Under the pieces are notes generated by a model. The model searched no databases and had not been told where the DNA came from. It saw only the letters and a list, made by a program, of their open reading frames with translations. Of a stretch of DNA of 64,000 bases, positions 23,501 to 34,990 are shown in pieces. This DNA is from Macrostomum lignano (Eukaryota): the NCBI GenBank assembly GCA_002269645.1, contig NIVC01000677.1, positions 186,001 to 250,000 of the forward strand. The letters are read 5' to 3'. Every line of letters begins with the position of its first letter. The stretch's first letter is position 1. Made by a program: the position numbers and the translations under genes.

Positions 23501-25554
23501 TGAAAATTTCGCTACAAACCAGTGTTTTTTTACAAAATGCATCAGTGAGAAAGGAAGAAGGATAGATAGAAACATTTTGTTAGTGCAATAAATTACATCA
23601 TACCGAAAACTATATCAAATATCTGTAAATCTTAAACATCAAGCAACGCATTATCGCATACAAAATCCTCCATTTGTCATATTTAAAGAGTAAAACTCTG
23701 CATGCATACAGCATAAGTTGAACAAAGCAAGAAGGAAGCATAAAAATGGTAAAATAAACCTAATGAATTGACAAAAAAGAAAACTGTAATCTTTTGAATC
23801 CGGTATTGGCAAAATTCTCAGTGCTACTATCGTGATCCCGGAATTATGCCTGTATTTACGAGCACTTGTAAAAGATCAGAGGGTACTTAAATGTACTAAG
23901 TTCTTGATGTCTTGATAACTTTAAAAAATACGATCTACTTCGTGTATGAAATGATGTTAAAGCCACTTGAGCTTGCATATTTTTAGCGGACTGCGCGTTA
24001 AACGCGTCCGACTCTCGCCCCACGCGACCCCCGGTTCGATTCCGTGCGCGGCCAATTGCCTGGGGGTCGTCATGATGGCCAACCCCCGCAGAGAGTGTAC
24101 ATGCCTGACGATTAGAAAGTCAAAGGGCCGCTGTACACCCTGTGTTAGCGTGTGTATGAGTGGGCGCCTGCGTACAGTATGGGCGCGCTTGCATGTGCTC
24201 AGGACTCAGCGGGATGGGCAGAATCGTCTCAGCACTGGTTGTGTGGGACGATGTCGCCGAATTCATTGCGCCGGGGTGCCCCCAGCCCCCCAACGAGTAT
24301 TTAGATGTATTTATTTGAGGCATAGGCAAGGGGGTTGTAGCCTAGTGGTTAGAGCGCCGGATTCGCGACTGAAAGGTCGGGGGTTCGATTCTTAACCACT
24401 CGGAACATTTTGTGTCCTTGAGAGAGACACAACTCTGCAGTACTTCAGTTCACCCAGCTGTAAATTCTTTAAAATCAGCATTAGCTGGGGTAACTGAGGG
24501 TGTGCGAGGCGACCCCCAATCTTTGTACTGAACAGCCGTACGCAGTCCTCAGATGCTCCGCGCAATAGCTGCGGCTGAGCTGTCGGTTGCGCATATGGCC
24601 CAAAAGGCAGGTGTAATAACTTATTAATTAATATTATTAAATTATAGGCAGCAACTGATCAGAACCTAAATTTAACTGTTTATCAAATTTTCTCAACGCT
24701 TTCAACGATTCCTCATTGGAATGAGCTAACAAATTTTGCTTTACTTCTAATTTCCAAATACAGTGAAATGAACGAGAATCTAGTCCACATCGCTGGCCTG
24801 CGGTTGTACAGACTGACCGCACCTGATGTCTGGAGACTGCAGTTGTACATGCCATTCATGGCTGACGGCCGCAATCTGCTGGATTTCCTGGCCCTGCAAC
24901 CCTCGCTGCGAAAGCGGCTGGCCGTTGGCTTGGCAACAGCGGACGCGCTGGCGAAGCTGCACTCGGAGAGCCGACTGGCGCACGGAAATCTGCACGCCGC
25001 CAATGTGTTTGTAAGCAGGAAGCGGGGAGGTCGGGCAAGGAACAGTTGAAGTTGATTGCTTTGAGTTTTTGAAGGCAAAATGAAGTTTTTGTTGGAAAAC
25101 CATCTCAGGTGATTCGGTCGGGCACCGAGTCGGCGGTGGTGAAGCTGTCCGACCTCGGCCAGCAATTGTTGCCAGACAAGGAGTTGCCAGATGGCTCTAA
25201 ACCACCAGGCTGCATGCTCTTCAGTCAGTTGGTTAGCCAAGATGTCTGCTGTTTGGGACGGATTCTACAGAGTCTGACGTGAGTTCGTCACCGTTGCATG
25301 TGATGATTTCCTTCGATGCTATTAGGCTTGGTAACGTTTCATTTTCATTTTTAATCAGATCTGGTCCTGCAGTACACGCAGTGCCAGTGGACTTCGAGCT
25401 GACAGCAGAAGCATCAGCTGATCTGGACCGCCTTCTGCTGGAGTGCCAGCCGGATCCCCTGGCACCAGCGGGCTACACGGAGTCGAGCTGCAGCCTGACA
25501 GCTGGCCAAGTAGCTAACCGGTTGCGAGCCCTGCTGCCAACGCCTGCGGACTGA
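20515..25554 (+). CDS. DSTYK-like GTPase-pseudokinase, paralog C (about 873 aa)
   Basis: Exons 20515-20788, 21196-21488, 21597-22656, 22977-23358, 24764-25010, 25109-25278, 25359-25554 sum to 2622 nt in frame, with the same intron phases as A and B. GTPase motifs GQTKAGKS, DTPG, THMD. In the kinase, HRD is replaced by HGN, DFG by DLG, the alphaC Glu is replaced and there is no APE motif. Confidence 0.85.
23984..24318 (+). mobile_element. tRNA-derived SINE (family 2)
   Basis: A-box-like TAGCGGACTGCG and B-box GGTTCGATTCC. The central ATGGCCAACCCC...GTGTACATGCCT.ACGAT...AGGGCCGCTGTACAC block is shared with 43215-43540. Confidence 0.7.
24331..24640 (+). mobile_element. CORE-like SINE (family 1), full length
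   Basis: Same head, core and 3' region as 15150-15444; ends in an AT-rich tail. Confidence 0.85.
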
Positions 25555-25639
25555 TATTCAGCTACAGAGTTCTTGCGAGCTTGTACCAGCTGCCACAGCC
25601 GTTGCTAGCTTGCTGCCGTTATCGTGGCTTACTACTGTC

Positions 25640-26340
25640 AATAAGATTCTTCGTGTCCTCCCTGTCCCCACCTCGTGTCCTCCCTGTCCCCACATCGTGT
25701 CCTCCCTGTCCCCACCTCGTGTCCTCCCTGTCCCCACCTCGTGTCCTCCCTGTCCCCACCTCGTGTCCTCCCTGTCCCCACCTCGTGTCCTCCCTGTCCC
25801 CACCTCGTGTCCTCTCTGTCCCCACATCGTGTCCTCCCTGTCCCCACCTCGTGTCCTCTCTGTCCCCACCTCGTGTCTTCCCTATCCCCACCGATCGTGT
25901 CCTCTCCATCTCACCGTGTCCTCTCCGTCCCACCCTGTGTCCTCTCCGTCCCACCCTGTGTCCTCTCCGTCCCACCCTGTGTCCTCTCCGTCCCACCCTG
26001 TGTCCTCTCCGTCCCACCCTGTGTCCTCTCCGTCCCACCCTGTGTCCTCTCCGTCCCACCCTGTGTCCTCTCCGTCCCACCCTGTGTCCTCTCCGTCCCA
26101 CCCTGTGTCCTCTCCGTCCCACCCTGTGTCCTCTCCGTCCCACCCTGTGTCCTCTCCGTCCCACCCTGTGTCCTCTCCGTCCCACCCTGTGTCCTCTCCG
26201 TCCCACCCTGTGTCCTCTCCGTCCCACCCTGTGTCCTCTCCGTCCCACCCTGTGTCCTCTCCGTCCCACCCTGTGTCCTCTCCGTCCCACCCTGTGTCCT
26301 CTCCGTCCCAACCTGTGTCCTCCCTGTCCCCTCGTGTCCT
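25640..26340. repeat. Pyrimidine-rich minisatellite: 22-bp units (CTCGTGTCCTCCCTGTCCCCAC) followed by about 18 perfect 21-bp units (CCTGTGTCCTCTCCGTCCCAC)
   Basis: Read directly; accounts for all ORFs called between 25558 and 26395. Confidence 0.95.
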
Positions 26341-27324
26341 CCTTTTGACACGAAGTACAGCGTATTCTATGCTATGCCAAAATAAAGTAATTTAGATGTG
26401 CTTTCATTTTTAGTTTCAATTATCGTGCAGCCAAGTTTTCTCTGTTATATGTACTTTTATGCGCGAACTCTGTGGCTTGTGACGTCATAGTCATAGAGTA
26501 TTCATTCAACGTCGTGCTTACCTCACAAAAGCTTCTCGTGCAACCTTAATTGAGACTATATGAAGACAGCCGATGCTGGAAAATGACTTCATCAGATAGA
26601 AAAACTCGTTCACCGTGATCTACAAAATGTTTTCTGTATAGAAAATAGTCATGGCCTGCTCAGCAGGCCAAAGCCGCAAGCTACGGTTATGTAGACTTAT
26701 TTTTCGAAACAGCATCGTAATAATTCGCAAGCCATAGACCATGAGCTATGGCCTGCAGAGCAGGCCACCCGCATCCTCGGGGTTAAACAGTTGACAATGC
26801 AAGAATCAGGTTGGTAGCTCTGTATGGCATAAGCTACTGCAAAGCAATAATTGGAACTGGACAACCAAGAGCATGGGTGTGGCAGCCTTTTGTGTATCGT
26901 ATGTAGAGCTTATCGAAATGTTTTCGTCGTATCTTCCCTTTTCTAATGTCTCTAAGACGGAGAATTCTTCCTAATCAACTAGATGGCTTCCCAATGCAGT
27001 CGCAGTCGAGCACGCGCCCAGGCAAAGCAATGGCAGGACTGCAGGTCTGCAGCTCAGCCGCGCCCAAAATCCCAGTTCACGGACGTACAAAGCGGCACGC
27101 GAGCCGCCTGAGAAGGGTGGATCAATTCGGTTCATCTGCAGCGTCGACAGCTGAATTCGAACCGTTGAAAGACTCGAATAGAAGAAGACAATCTCTAGAA
27201 AAGCTAATTAGCATTGGTTGATTACTGAATTTTTGCAGTGCGTACCAATGCGTGTCGTTCAAACTTGACTGTATCGGATTCAGGCATAAGTGTTAATGGA
27301 TTTTACCGTATAGATTAATGGACA

Positions 27325-27490
27325 GGGGTTGTAGCCTAGTGGTTAGAGCGTCAGACTCGCGATTGAAAGGTCGGGGGTTCGATTCTCGACCCACTCGGAA
27401 CAATTTGTGTCTTTGAGCAAGACACTTAACACTTAAATGAGCTGTTGGTTGCACATCTGCTCATTAAGGCAGGTGAAATCAATTACGAGC
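27325..27490 (+). mobile_element. CORE-like SINE (family 1), internally deleted
   Basis: Intact head GGGGTTGTAGCCTAGTGGTTAGAGCG...GGTTCGATTCT, joined to the family 3' end. Confidence 0.8.
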
Positions 27491-28086
27491 TACTATTAAA
27501 ACAATAATTATACACAAATCAAATCATAGAGCCAAAATTTTCGTCAGCTTAAAGAGAGAAAAATTTCAAACTGCCTGGCGAAAAAAAAGACTACGATCTT
27601 TTTCTAATGGTGTTTGTTTCAATATTGTCGATTAGATTTCTGAAATGCACTTTCCTTATCGACTATTTCGGTTAATCTCCGGATGGTAAATCCCCTTCTG
27701 TGTTTCTCACAAACTATCTCAGCCAATCAGTATGGGTTGACGAACTTGATTGGGCAATGCCTCTTTCTGCTTCTATACATACAAGACTTGCTCCGCACCG
27801 TTTGAGAGGCATTTTGCAGCCCTAACCTGGTCAGATGTCTATATCCAAATCAATGTAACCAATCGATTCACTTAGCCAGCTAGGTAAAAGTAACACACCT
27901 GCTATGGCTTATGTCATTTGCGGTAAATTCAGCTCTATAGTAATAATATTGTTAGGAAGCATCTGTCAGATGGTCGTCTGCGAAATGCCAGCTAAGGCGT
28001 GTAAGTAAAACACGAGTCTCAATTTGAATAAACAAGTCCCAATGCCATAATGTAGAGCAGGAATTGTTCACCCCGCCAACAATTAG

Positions 28087-30469
28087 GCTTCAAAGCGCCG
28101 ATCAGCAGGGAAGCCCTTTCATCCGGCATCATCGGAAACAGCAACCCGCCAGCCAATGCTAGCGACGTGTCCGTCTACAAGAGTGAGGAATTCTGCCTGT
28201 TCCATCTGAACTCGAGCTACTACCTCACTTGGGCTCAGGCTAGAGACTTTTGCGCCCTGTACAATGCCACCCTGCCAATGATGAGAACTGCCTACGGCTG
28301 GCAGCGGCTGCGAATCTACATTGAAAACCGACGCTTCTGGACGGGCTTCGTTCGCACTGGCAGCTCCGAGTGGACTTGGCAGTCCGGCAGCGACTTCGAC
28401 GGCTCGCTGGCCACGGAGGACTTCGTGAAGACTGGGAACACTACGGGGATCGAGTGGAGCAAATCGGAGCCCAGCTACTCCTACTGCGTCGAGAACTGCA
28501 CCATGGTCAGCTACGATGGCAACTTGGCGGATTATCCGTGCGAAAATGTTCCACCCTGGGACTCCTGCGCCGAGCCAGCCGATGTGGTGCTTGCAGTGTG
28601 TCACAGGTCTGACATAGAAGGTAATGCATGTGTGACTGGAGTCTGGAGCTGTTCGTACAGGCTGCTTAGTGAGCGAATGCTTGAGTTAATTTAATTCAAA
28701 GTAACGTTTTAGCTTTCCCTTCCCACCTTACTTAAGTTGCAATTGATTGAATAGAATTTGTTGGTCAGAACCTCTGATTCATATCTCCTTAGTGAGCGGA
28801 ATCATGTTAGGTGCTGGGCTCCTGATGTACAGGTATCTACGACATAGCGTTAAATAAACTCATAAATTGACTTCAACACACAATGCAAATCAATGCAAAT
28901 CACACTAACATTCAATATCGATCGTGAAATTCCAGTCTGTCGGTACACCAGTAATCCGCCAGCAATCCCAACGCCACACGACTACTACATCATAGTTGGA
29001 GCCACGTTTGCCGGTAAGTTTTGACACACATTGTCGCAGGCCTTGAGCACACGTGAGCATTCAAAAACAGTTTCTAGGATTGACCGCATGCCTTCAAATG
29101 AGCCATCGGTACGAAAATAGCGTAGCAGCAAGTGAATCTGGTGTCTGCTTGGAGTTCGGACTGAGGTTAATTGCATGGCTGGCATTTTTTATTGAGTTTA
29201 CTCATTTTTCTTTTGCATGTAAATATGTGGGAAAGGCAAGTACTGGCCTTTAAGGCAATCATTGGTACAGGAGCTACGAGTATAGTCCTTGGAAATAGGG
29301 AGGCAGAAGCTTTGCACATAGGCGAATTCAGACCATAGACAACATCTTCCGGATCGGATTATGCTATGGGCACACGCGCCTATTTTCAATGGCTATAGCC
29401 TAATGGAGTGGTAGCCTCGTGGTTAGAGCATCGGACTCACGACTGAAAGGTCGGGGGTTCGATTTGAGTGGAGCAAGACACTTACCTCTCTGCATTGCTT
29501 CGGTTCAGCCAACTGTACGCTCGTAAAATTGGTGCTAGCATTAGCTGGGGTCATTGTGGGTGTGTGTGGCGACCGGGGCGCTTTCATTAGGCCGAAAGTT
29601 CACTTCACCGAAAATCACTCTCTTTCACTAGGCCGAAATTTCACTAGGCCGAAACTTCACTAGGCCGAAACTTCACATCGCCAAAATAGCTAGCACGATC
29701 TTTCATGAGGCCAAAATTTCACTAGGCTAAAATTTCACAACGTCCAAAAAATCATTTTAGCAGCGTCTTTCACTAGGCCGAAACTTCACTATTCCGAAAC
29801 TTCACTATTCCAAAACTTCACTAGGCCGAAACTTTACTAGGCCGAAACTTAACATTGCCGAAAAATCATTTAGTGGCCTCTTTCACATAGTCCGAAACTT
29901 ATGAAAGAGCGTGCTAGCTATTTCGGCAATTTGAAGTTTTGGCCTAGTGAAATTTCAGCCTAGCAAACCTCCCCCCCCCCTGGCGGGGGACACCCCAGTC
30001 CTTGGATGGAAGGACAGCCGTACGCAGCCTTCAGTAGCTGCGGCTGAGCTGTTGGTTGCACATTTGGCCCTTCGGTATGTTCGGTAAGGATGTTCCTTCG
30101 GTATGCGTTGCACGATCTACATGTAGCCACTAGAGATCGGTGCAATTAGATGGTTGGCTTTTGTGGGACATACGGTATATGCATAAATCATTTCGGCTTA
30201 CCTCACTTATCTCACAGAATCAGCTTAGAAATGTAATATTCTTATTTATGACTTCCTAATAATCAGCTATTATCATTATTATTTTTTGCACAGCCCTCAT
30301 CGGCTGCGCAGGCGCCGTTCTCGGCGTCCGATTGATAGTGAAGACGCTGGAGCGCCGTGATCAGCCTGACAGTGACAGCCAGCAGGCAGCCGAGGGCCGG
30401 AAGCTGCGCAAGCAGCAGCGCAGGCGAGCCGAGCAGGAAGGCGGCCAGGAGCTGGGCTTTGCGAGCTAA
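28087..30469 (+). CDS. Type I membrane protein with a C-type lectin domain (5' exons not located)
   Basis: Exons 28087-28620 (TWAQARDFC, FWTG, WTW, WSKSEPS..ENC, DYPC), 28936-29013 and 30294-30469 join in frame. This gives TM YYIIVGATFAALIGCAGAVLGVRLIV and a basic/acidic tail ending GFAS*. Confidence 0.75.
29406..30075 (+). mobile_element. Family-1 SINE split by a foldback MITE (29575-29980) built from 16-bp TTCACTAGGCCGAAAC repeats
   Basis: SINE head and core at 29406-29574, SINE 3' part resuming near 29990. The insert has GGGG...CCCC ends and inverted subterminal blocks (about 29655-29709 vs 29902-29955). Confidence 0.7.
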
Positions 30470-33400
30470 TGCTTCAGGCAAAAGTGCGCCAGCGCGAGTG
30501 CGACCGCTTCGCTTGGCAACAACTGATCTTATCAACAATATCTGAAGGTCTGTGAAGATCTGAAGAACAATGTCTGTTGCGCCCGTCTGTTCTGTTCTGA
30601 ATCTTATTGCGAGTATAGAAATTTACGGATGTCTGAAATTTCCTATTGCACATACTTCGGTACGCTCGCGTGGACTCGTGATTATTAAAGCGCCCGCGGT
30701 TAAGGAATCTTCGGTCTGCAATCCATTCACAACTGTTTATTATTCCAATGCTTTATCCCCTCCCTGACTCTTACACGCCGCGCATAAAACAGTTTCCTGC
30801 CTATGGAAACATAAAAAAAAATTATACCTAATCCGCTGCAAGGTGCAGCCGCTGCAATTGCATGTCGCATCAACCACAGGCTGCGAACAGCTTATAGCAT
30901 CATAAACAGTTTTGTGATTAATTTTAGAGTCGCAACTCTGACCTTCTCTGGCAGTTGCTTTTCTAATACAGCAGAGCGTAATTTTCAACTCGCTCAGCAG
31001 GTCATACATGTACATGTGATGTAGACTACAGAAAAGTCCTTGAAAGTGACGCAAGCCAATTACTCCAGGGGACGACAGAGTAGCCCAGCAGTTAAGGCGT
31101 CGTACTCACTCGCCAAAGTACTTTGAAGTATATCCAGATTCGATTTTGTGCCAATTATGTGCGTCTTTACGCAGAGCGCGGATCGCCTATTCGCGTGTCG
31201 TATTTGCAGAAAAAATTGACGAGGGGCTTGTATTGCAAGTCACGCCTATTAGGGCCAAAACCCCGAGCAGTAAAAGGCAAAAAGCGCGCACAAGTATAGT
31301 GTGACCATGGTGCTCAATGGTCAGGGGAATGGGCCTGACTGTCTACCTCCTGTTTGGCTGTGGGTCGACTGTCGCCTTGATTTGCGGCAGCGCCCACAGC
31401 CCCACCGCGAACTAAGACTCTCGGCAAGACGCGGATGACCTGCTGGCTCTGCTTTCGAGACCAGCCGAAGAGCCTGACGCCTGCAGGCAGGACAACCTGC
31501 CGGCTGCAGCAGCTGTAGTCTGGCTGTCTGTCAATACCAACAAGAAGACGACGTTGCTGACGGTTACTGGCAAACCTCGGTGTCGATGCGCGTGGGGAGG
31601 TTGGCCTTCATGCTGCCTCGCTGCACGAAGTTTGCGCACGTACATTACCTCTCGCTGGTCTTGTGCCAGATGAGGTCGCTTTCGACCAAAACCCCAGAAA
31701 GTTCACGTCGAAAGAAGAAAACTTCACAACACTCACAGCGCCGAAATTTCACAACGCCAAAGAGCATGAGCCGACCGACAGATAATTAACACCAGAAACT
31801 TGAAATGCAGCATCTTTTACGAGTCTATTAAAATATTATGTCGGTGTTGCTGTGTATAAAATTTCTATATTTTAGACGTAGAGAGCGATTGGCCGATTGT
31901 CCCCGTGAGAAGGTAATTAGCTTATTATAATTACGCTTAGATGGATGCAAATAGCCGTCTTGTAGGCAACTATACTATGCTAGCCTAATTTGGACAGGAT
32001 AAATAATGCATGCACATTATAATAATTCGGGCTTTTGAATTTCGGTCTTGATGTGATACATAACAGTATGTACGAGCGTATAATGTTTGCGAAATATTTT
32101 ACAGGTATTTTCGGTGTTGGGAAATTTCGGCCTTGTGGTCTTATAAGAGAGACCCACGGGTTATTCTGCTTGATTAATTCTGCGCATTTGTGTACAAATA
32201 ATCTTTCGCCAGGGCTGTAATATTTTGTCGTTAGGCCCCTAAAATGCAAAAGAGTATCAGAAAGAGTATCTAGTGCGTTAGTTTGTATGGGTAAACTCCC
32301 AATCCGACCTAAGCGAACCTACAATACAGTCTAAAATCACCGCACATTTTCTTTGGTTGCAGTTAAGGAAACCTTAGGCCTAATCGCCTCCCATAGAGGG
32401 CGCTTGCTAAGGAAGCCTCCCACCAGTTCCGTAAAATTTTCAAACTTAATTGGGCGCGAATTTGAAGGCCAGTGATTTTAAAACGTGGGGCCGCTGGCCA
32501 GCGCGCGTGGTCAGTACCAGCTCAGCTCAGCTCAGAATCCATTATTAATTTATTGTCATTGCTCAAACTGAAATTTAAGGCTTCATGACTAGAATTTAAA
32601 CATGTTTTGTTATAGTATAATAAATAATTACTTTATAACCTTAGCTTACTTAATAGCAATGTCCTAAAATGTATTATAGCCTAATTAATTATAGAATATT
32701 GTAAATCACAATCACTAGGCGTAGCTAGGCCCCCAGCAGTTCTGGGAGATGGCAGGGAAGAGGTAGCTGCCCTTGCTTTTGTTTTTGAAATTGATGTATT
32801 TTTCAAAATCTATTCCTGAGCCTATTTAAGGTTAGGCCTAGTTAGACCTTTCATTTTGAAAACTATTTATTTTTTTTGTATATTAGGCCTTATATTAGGC
32901 AGGGCCCTACTAGGGGGGCCTAACCCCGAGGCTAGGTCCCCTAATGTCTAAGTCTAGGCCTAACTTATGTCTAAGGTTTTTAATCTTTTTTATAGTTGTT
33001 TAAACAAAAAACTAAAATTTTTGTTTTAGATTTGTGATTTAATAGGCCTAGGGCTTAATTTTACTTGCATGGATAAAAGCACCATCTTTTTTAAAATTGA
33101 TCAAATGCTAAAAATTACTTTTGTATTGTTAATTGTATTGTAATTAATATTGACTTTTATTACAAAGCCAATGCCATGTTTTCAATGTTGACCTTGTCAT
33201 AGGGTTTGCTTTCCTCTTTATTTATGAATCTTTATGTGACAGGCCTTCTGGCTCTGTCTTTCTAAACTTCTAACTATTAGTGTTTATTAAATATCCTACA
33301 AGCTGCCACCAAGTTGTTACAGGGGTTTTGGCTCTATAAAATTTCACCTTTATGCCACCAAAGTTGTCGTAGGGCTGATTCTTCCTTCTAAATAATATCT

Positions 33401-34690
33401 CACTAATTCTACTGCTGACACCAAAGTTGTAATAGGCATACTTGTTCTTACTGAAATTATCCCTCTGCTGACACCAAATCTTGCCTTCATGTTTTTTCCT
33501 GTTTCTTAGAATTTCATTTGAATATTCTGGTAGCGTCTGATGTAGTGTTTTATGTATTAGTCTGGTAGCATCTTTGTATGGCCTAGGCGGTCTAGTACCG
33601 GTACATGAACTTATTAGATTGTCCTAGTCGGGCGCTCACTGGGATTAGAGGGTCATAGCACAACTCTCTGAATCTCCCTTTGTAATATTTTCCTAATCCC
33701 TTCTCTTAGTAAGTTTCTGAGCACTGTCACTCCCTTTTTCCTTAAAATAACTAACTCAACAAGATTTCAAAGTTTATCTGAGAATATAGAACGAACCAAT
33801 ATTATAGCGCACAAATATTTCGAGAGCAAGAAAAGGTTACTTTTATTTGGCAAAAATCACTCGTATATATACTGTTTTAGACGACTATGTTTATAACAAA
33901 AATATTTATCAATAATATTTTGCGTGGTAAAACAAATGTTGAAATTAGTTTCTAGTTTGTGCGCGAATTTAACATGGTTATAAATCGGCTAATTTACATG
34001 TATGAATCGTAATAGGCATTTTATTAGGCACAAAGAATAGTAAAGGTAATTAACAGAAACATATACTAGCACATTTAAGTCATTAAGTTGTAGGCCCTTC
34101 AGCTTCAAGTACTAGGGTTGACTAAAATTTCAAATCCCATTAAATGCTACTAATATTATAGTAATGTTTTAATTTCTTCTCTTTATTCAGGCCTAGGCCT
34201 ACTAATCCTTGCTATAATATTTATATATATTTAATATTATAGGCCTACTACTATAGTCAGAATAGGCTTATATACTAGGCCTAGGCCTAGTACTGGTAGC
34301 CATAGTTTGGAAATTGACACATTAGTATTTCTTAGCGTACAACAAAGTGAAAGGTACTTGCCGTTTTTTAATGTATATCAGCGTATATACCAATGTATGA
34401 CATAGGCTAATAGAAATATTTTATGTCAATCCACACTCTAGATCATTTGTATATGCCCAAATATTTGGGCATGTATTGGCCTTGCACAATAAAATTAGGC
34501 ATGCACAGTTGGCATGCATCACTCCTAAGAAAATAGTTGTCCTTGTGTGCATACCTGGTGTGCACTTTGTAGAAGCATGCATTAAAGTTAGCATCAGGGG
34601 GGTTGCGCATATATGTTTATGGTCATGTGGAATTTTAGTTAAATTACAATGTAATAGTTAACAATTACCTAAAGTATGCTACCATGACAA

Positions 34691-34990
34691 CATACATGCA
34701 CAACAGTCGGCCAAGTTGGCCAATCTGGCCGACCTATTTGGCGGCCAATCAAGGAAGTTGCAAAAATTCCTAACCGAAAAAATACCAAAGTAGTAGTACT
34801 AAGTATCTGACGAGGCATTTCGACCTAATAAGAAAGTCATTAGTTACTCCTGCCGTTTACCCAAAGTTGCATTAATTTTGCTTTGGGGTTTTTTTACATG
34901 TAAGTCACATTTTTTGGCCAAAAACTATGTTGCATTTTTGTTAACACTAAGTCGCATGGCCAACCGAATGTTGGAGGTTGCGCATGTATG
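34691..34990. mobile_element. hAT-type MITE, 300 bp
   Basis: TIR CATACATGCACAAC / GTTGCGCATGTATG, with an 8-bp TSD CATGACAA on both sides. Homologous to 57948-58238. Confidence 0.9.

Noticed and set aside
24331-24405. tRNA genes at 3050, 15370, 23984, 24331, 27325, 29406 and 43470
   Set aside because: Acceptor and anticodon stems pair poorly and the better-preserved ones run into a shared SINE body, so these are SINE heads.
25558-26395. ORFs of 146-261 aa in nearly all frames
   Set aside because: They come from the 22/21-bp stop-free minisatellite.
30263-30538. Minus-strand ORF resembling a signal peptide
   Set aside because: It is the antisense of the lectin gene's last exon, which has a better-supported spliced frame.
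33300-33490. CRISPR-like repeat-spacer array
   Set aside because: Only four short imperfect motifs with irregular spacing, in a eukaryotic context with no cas genes. Kept only as a low-interest motif cluster.
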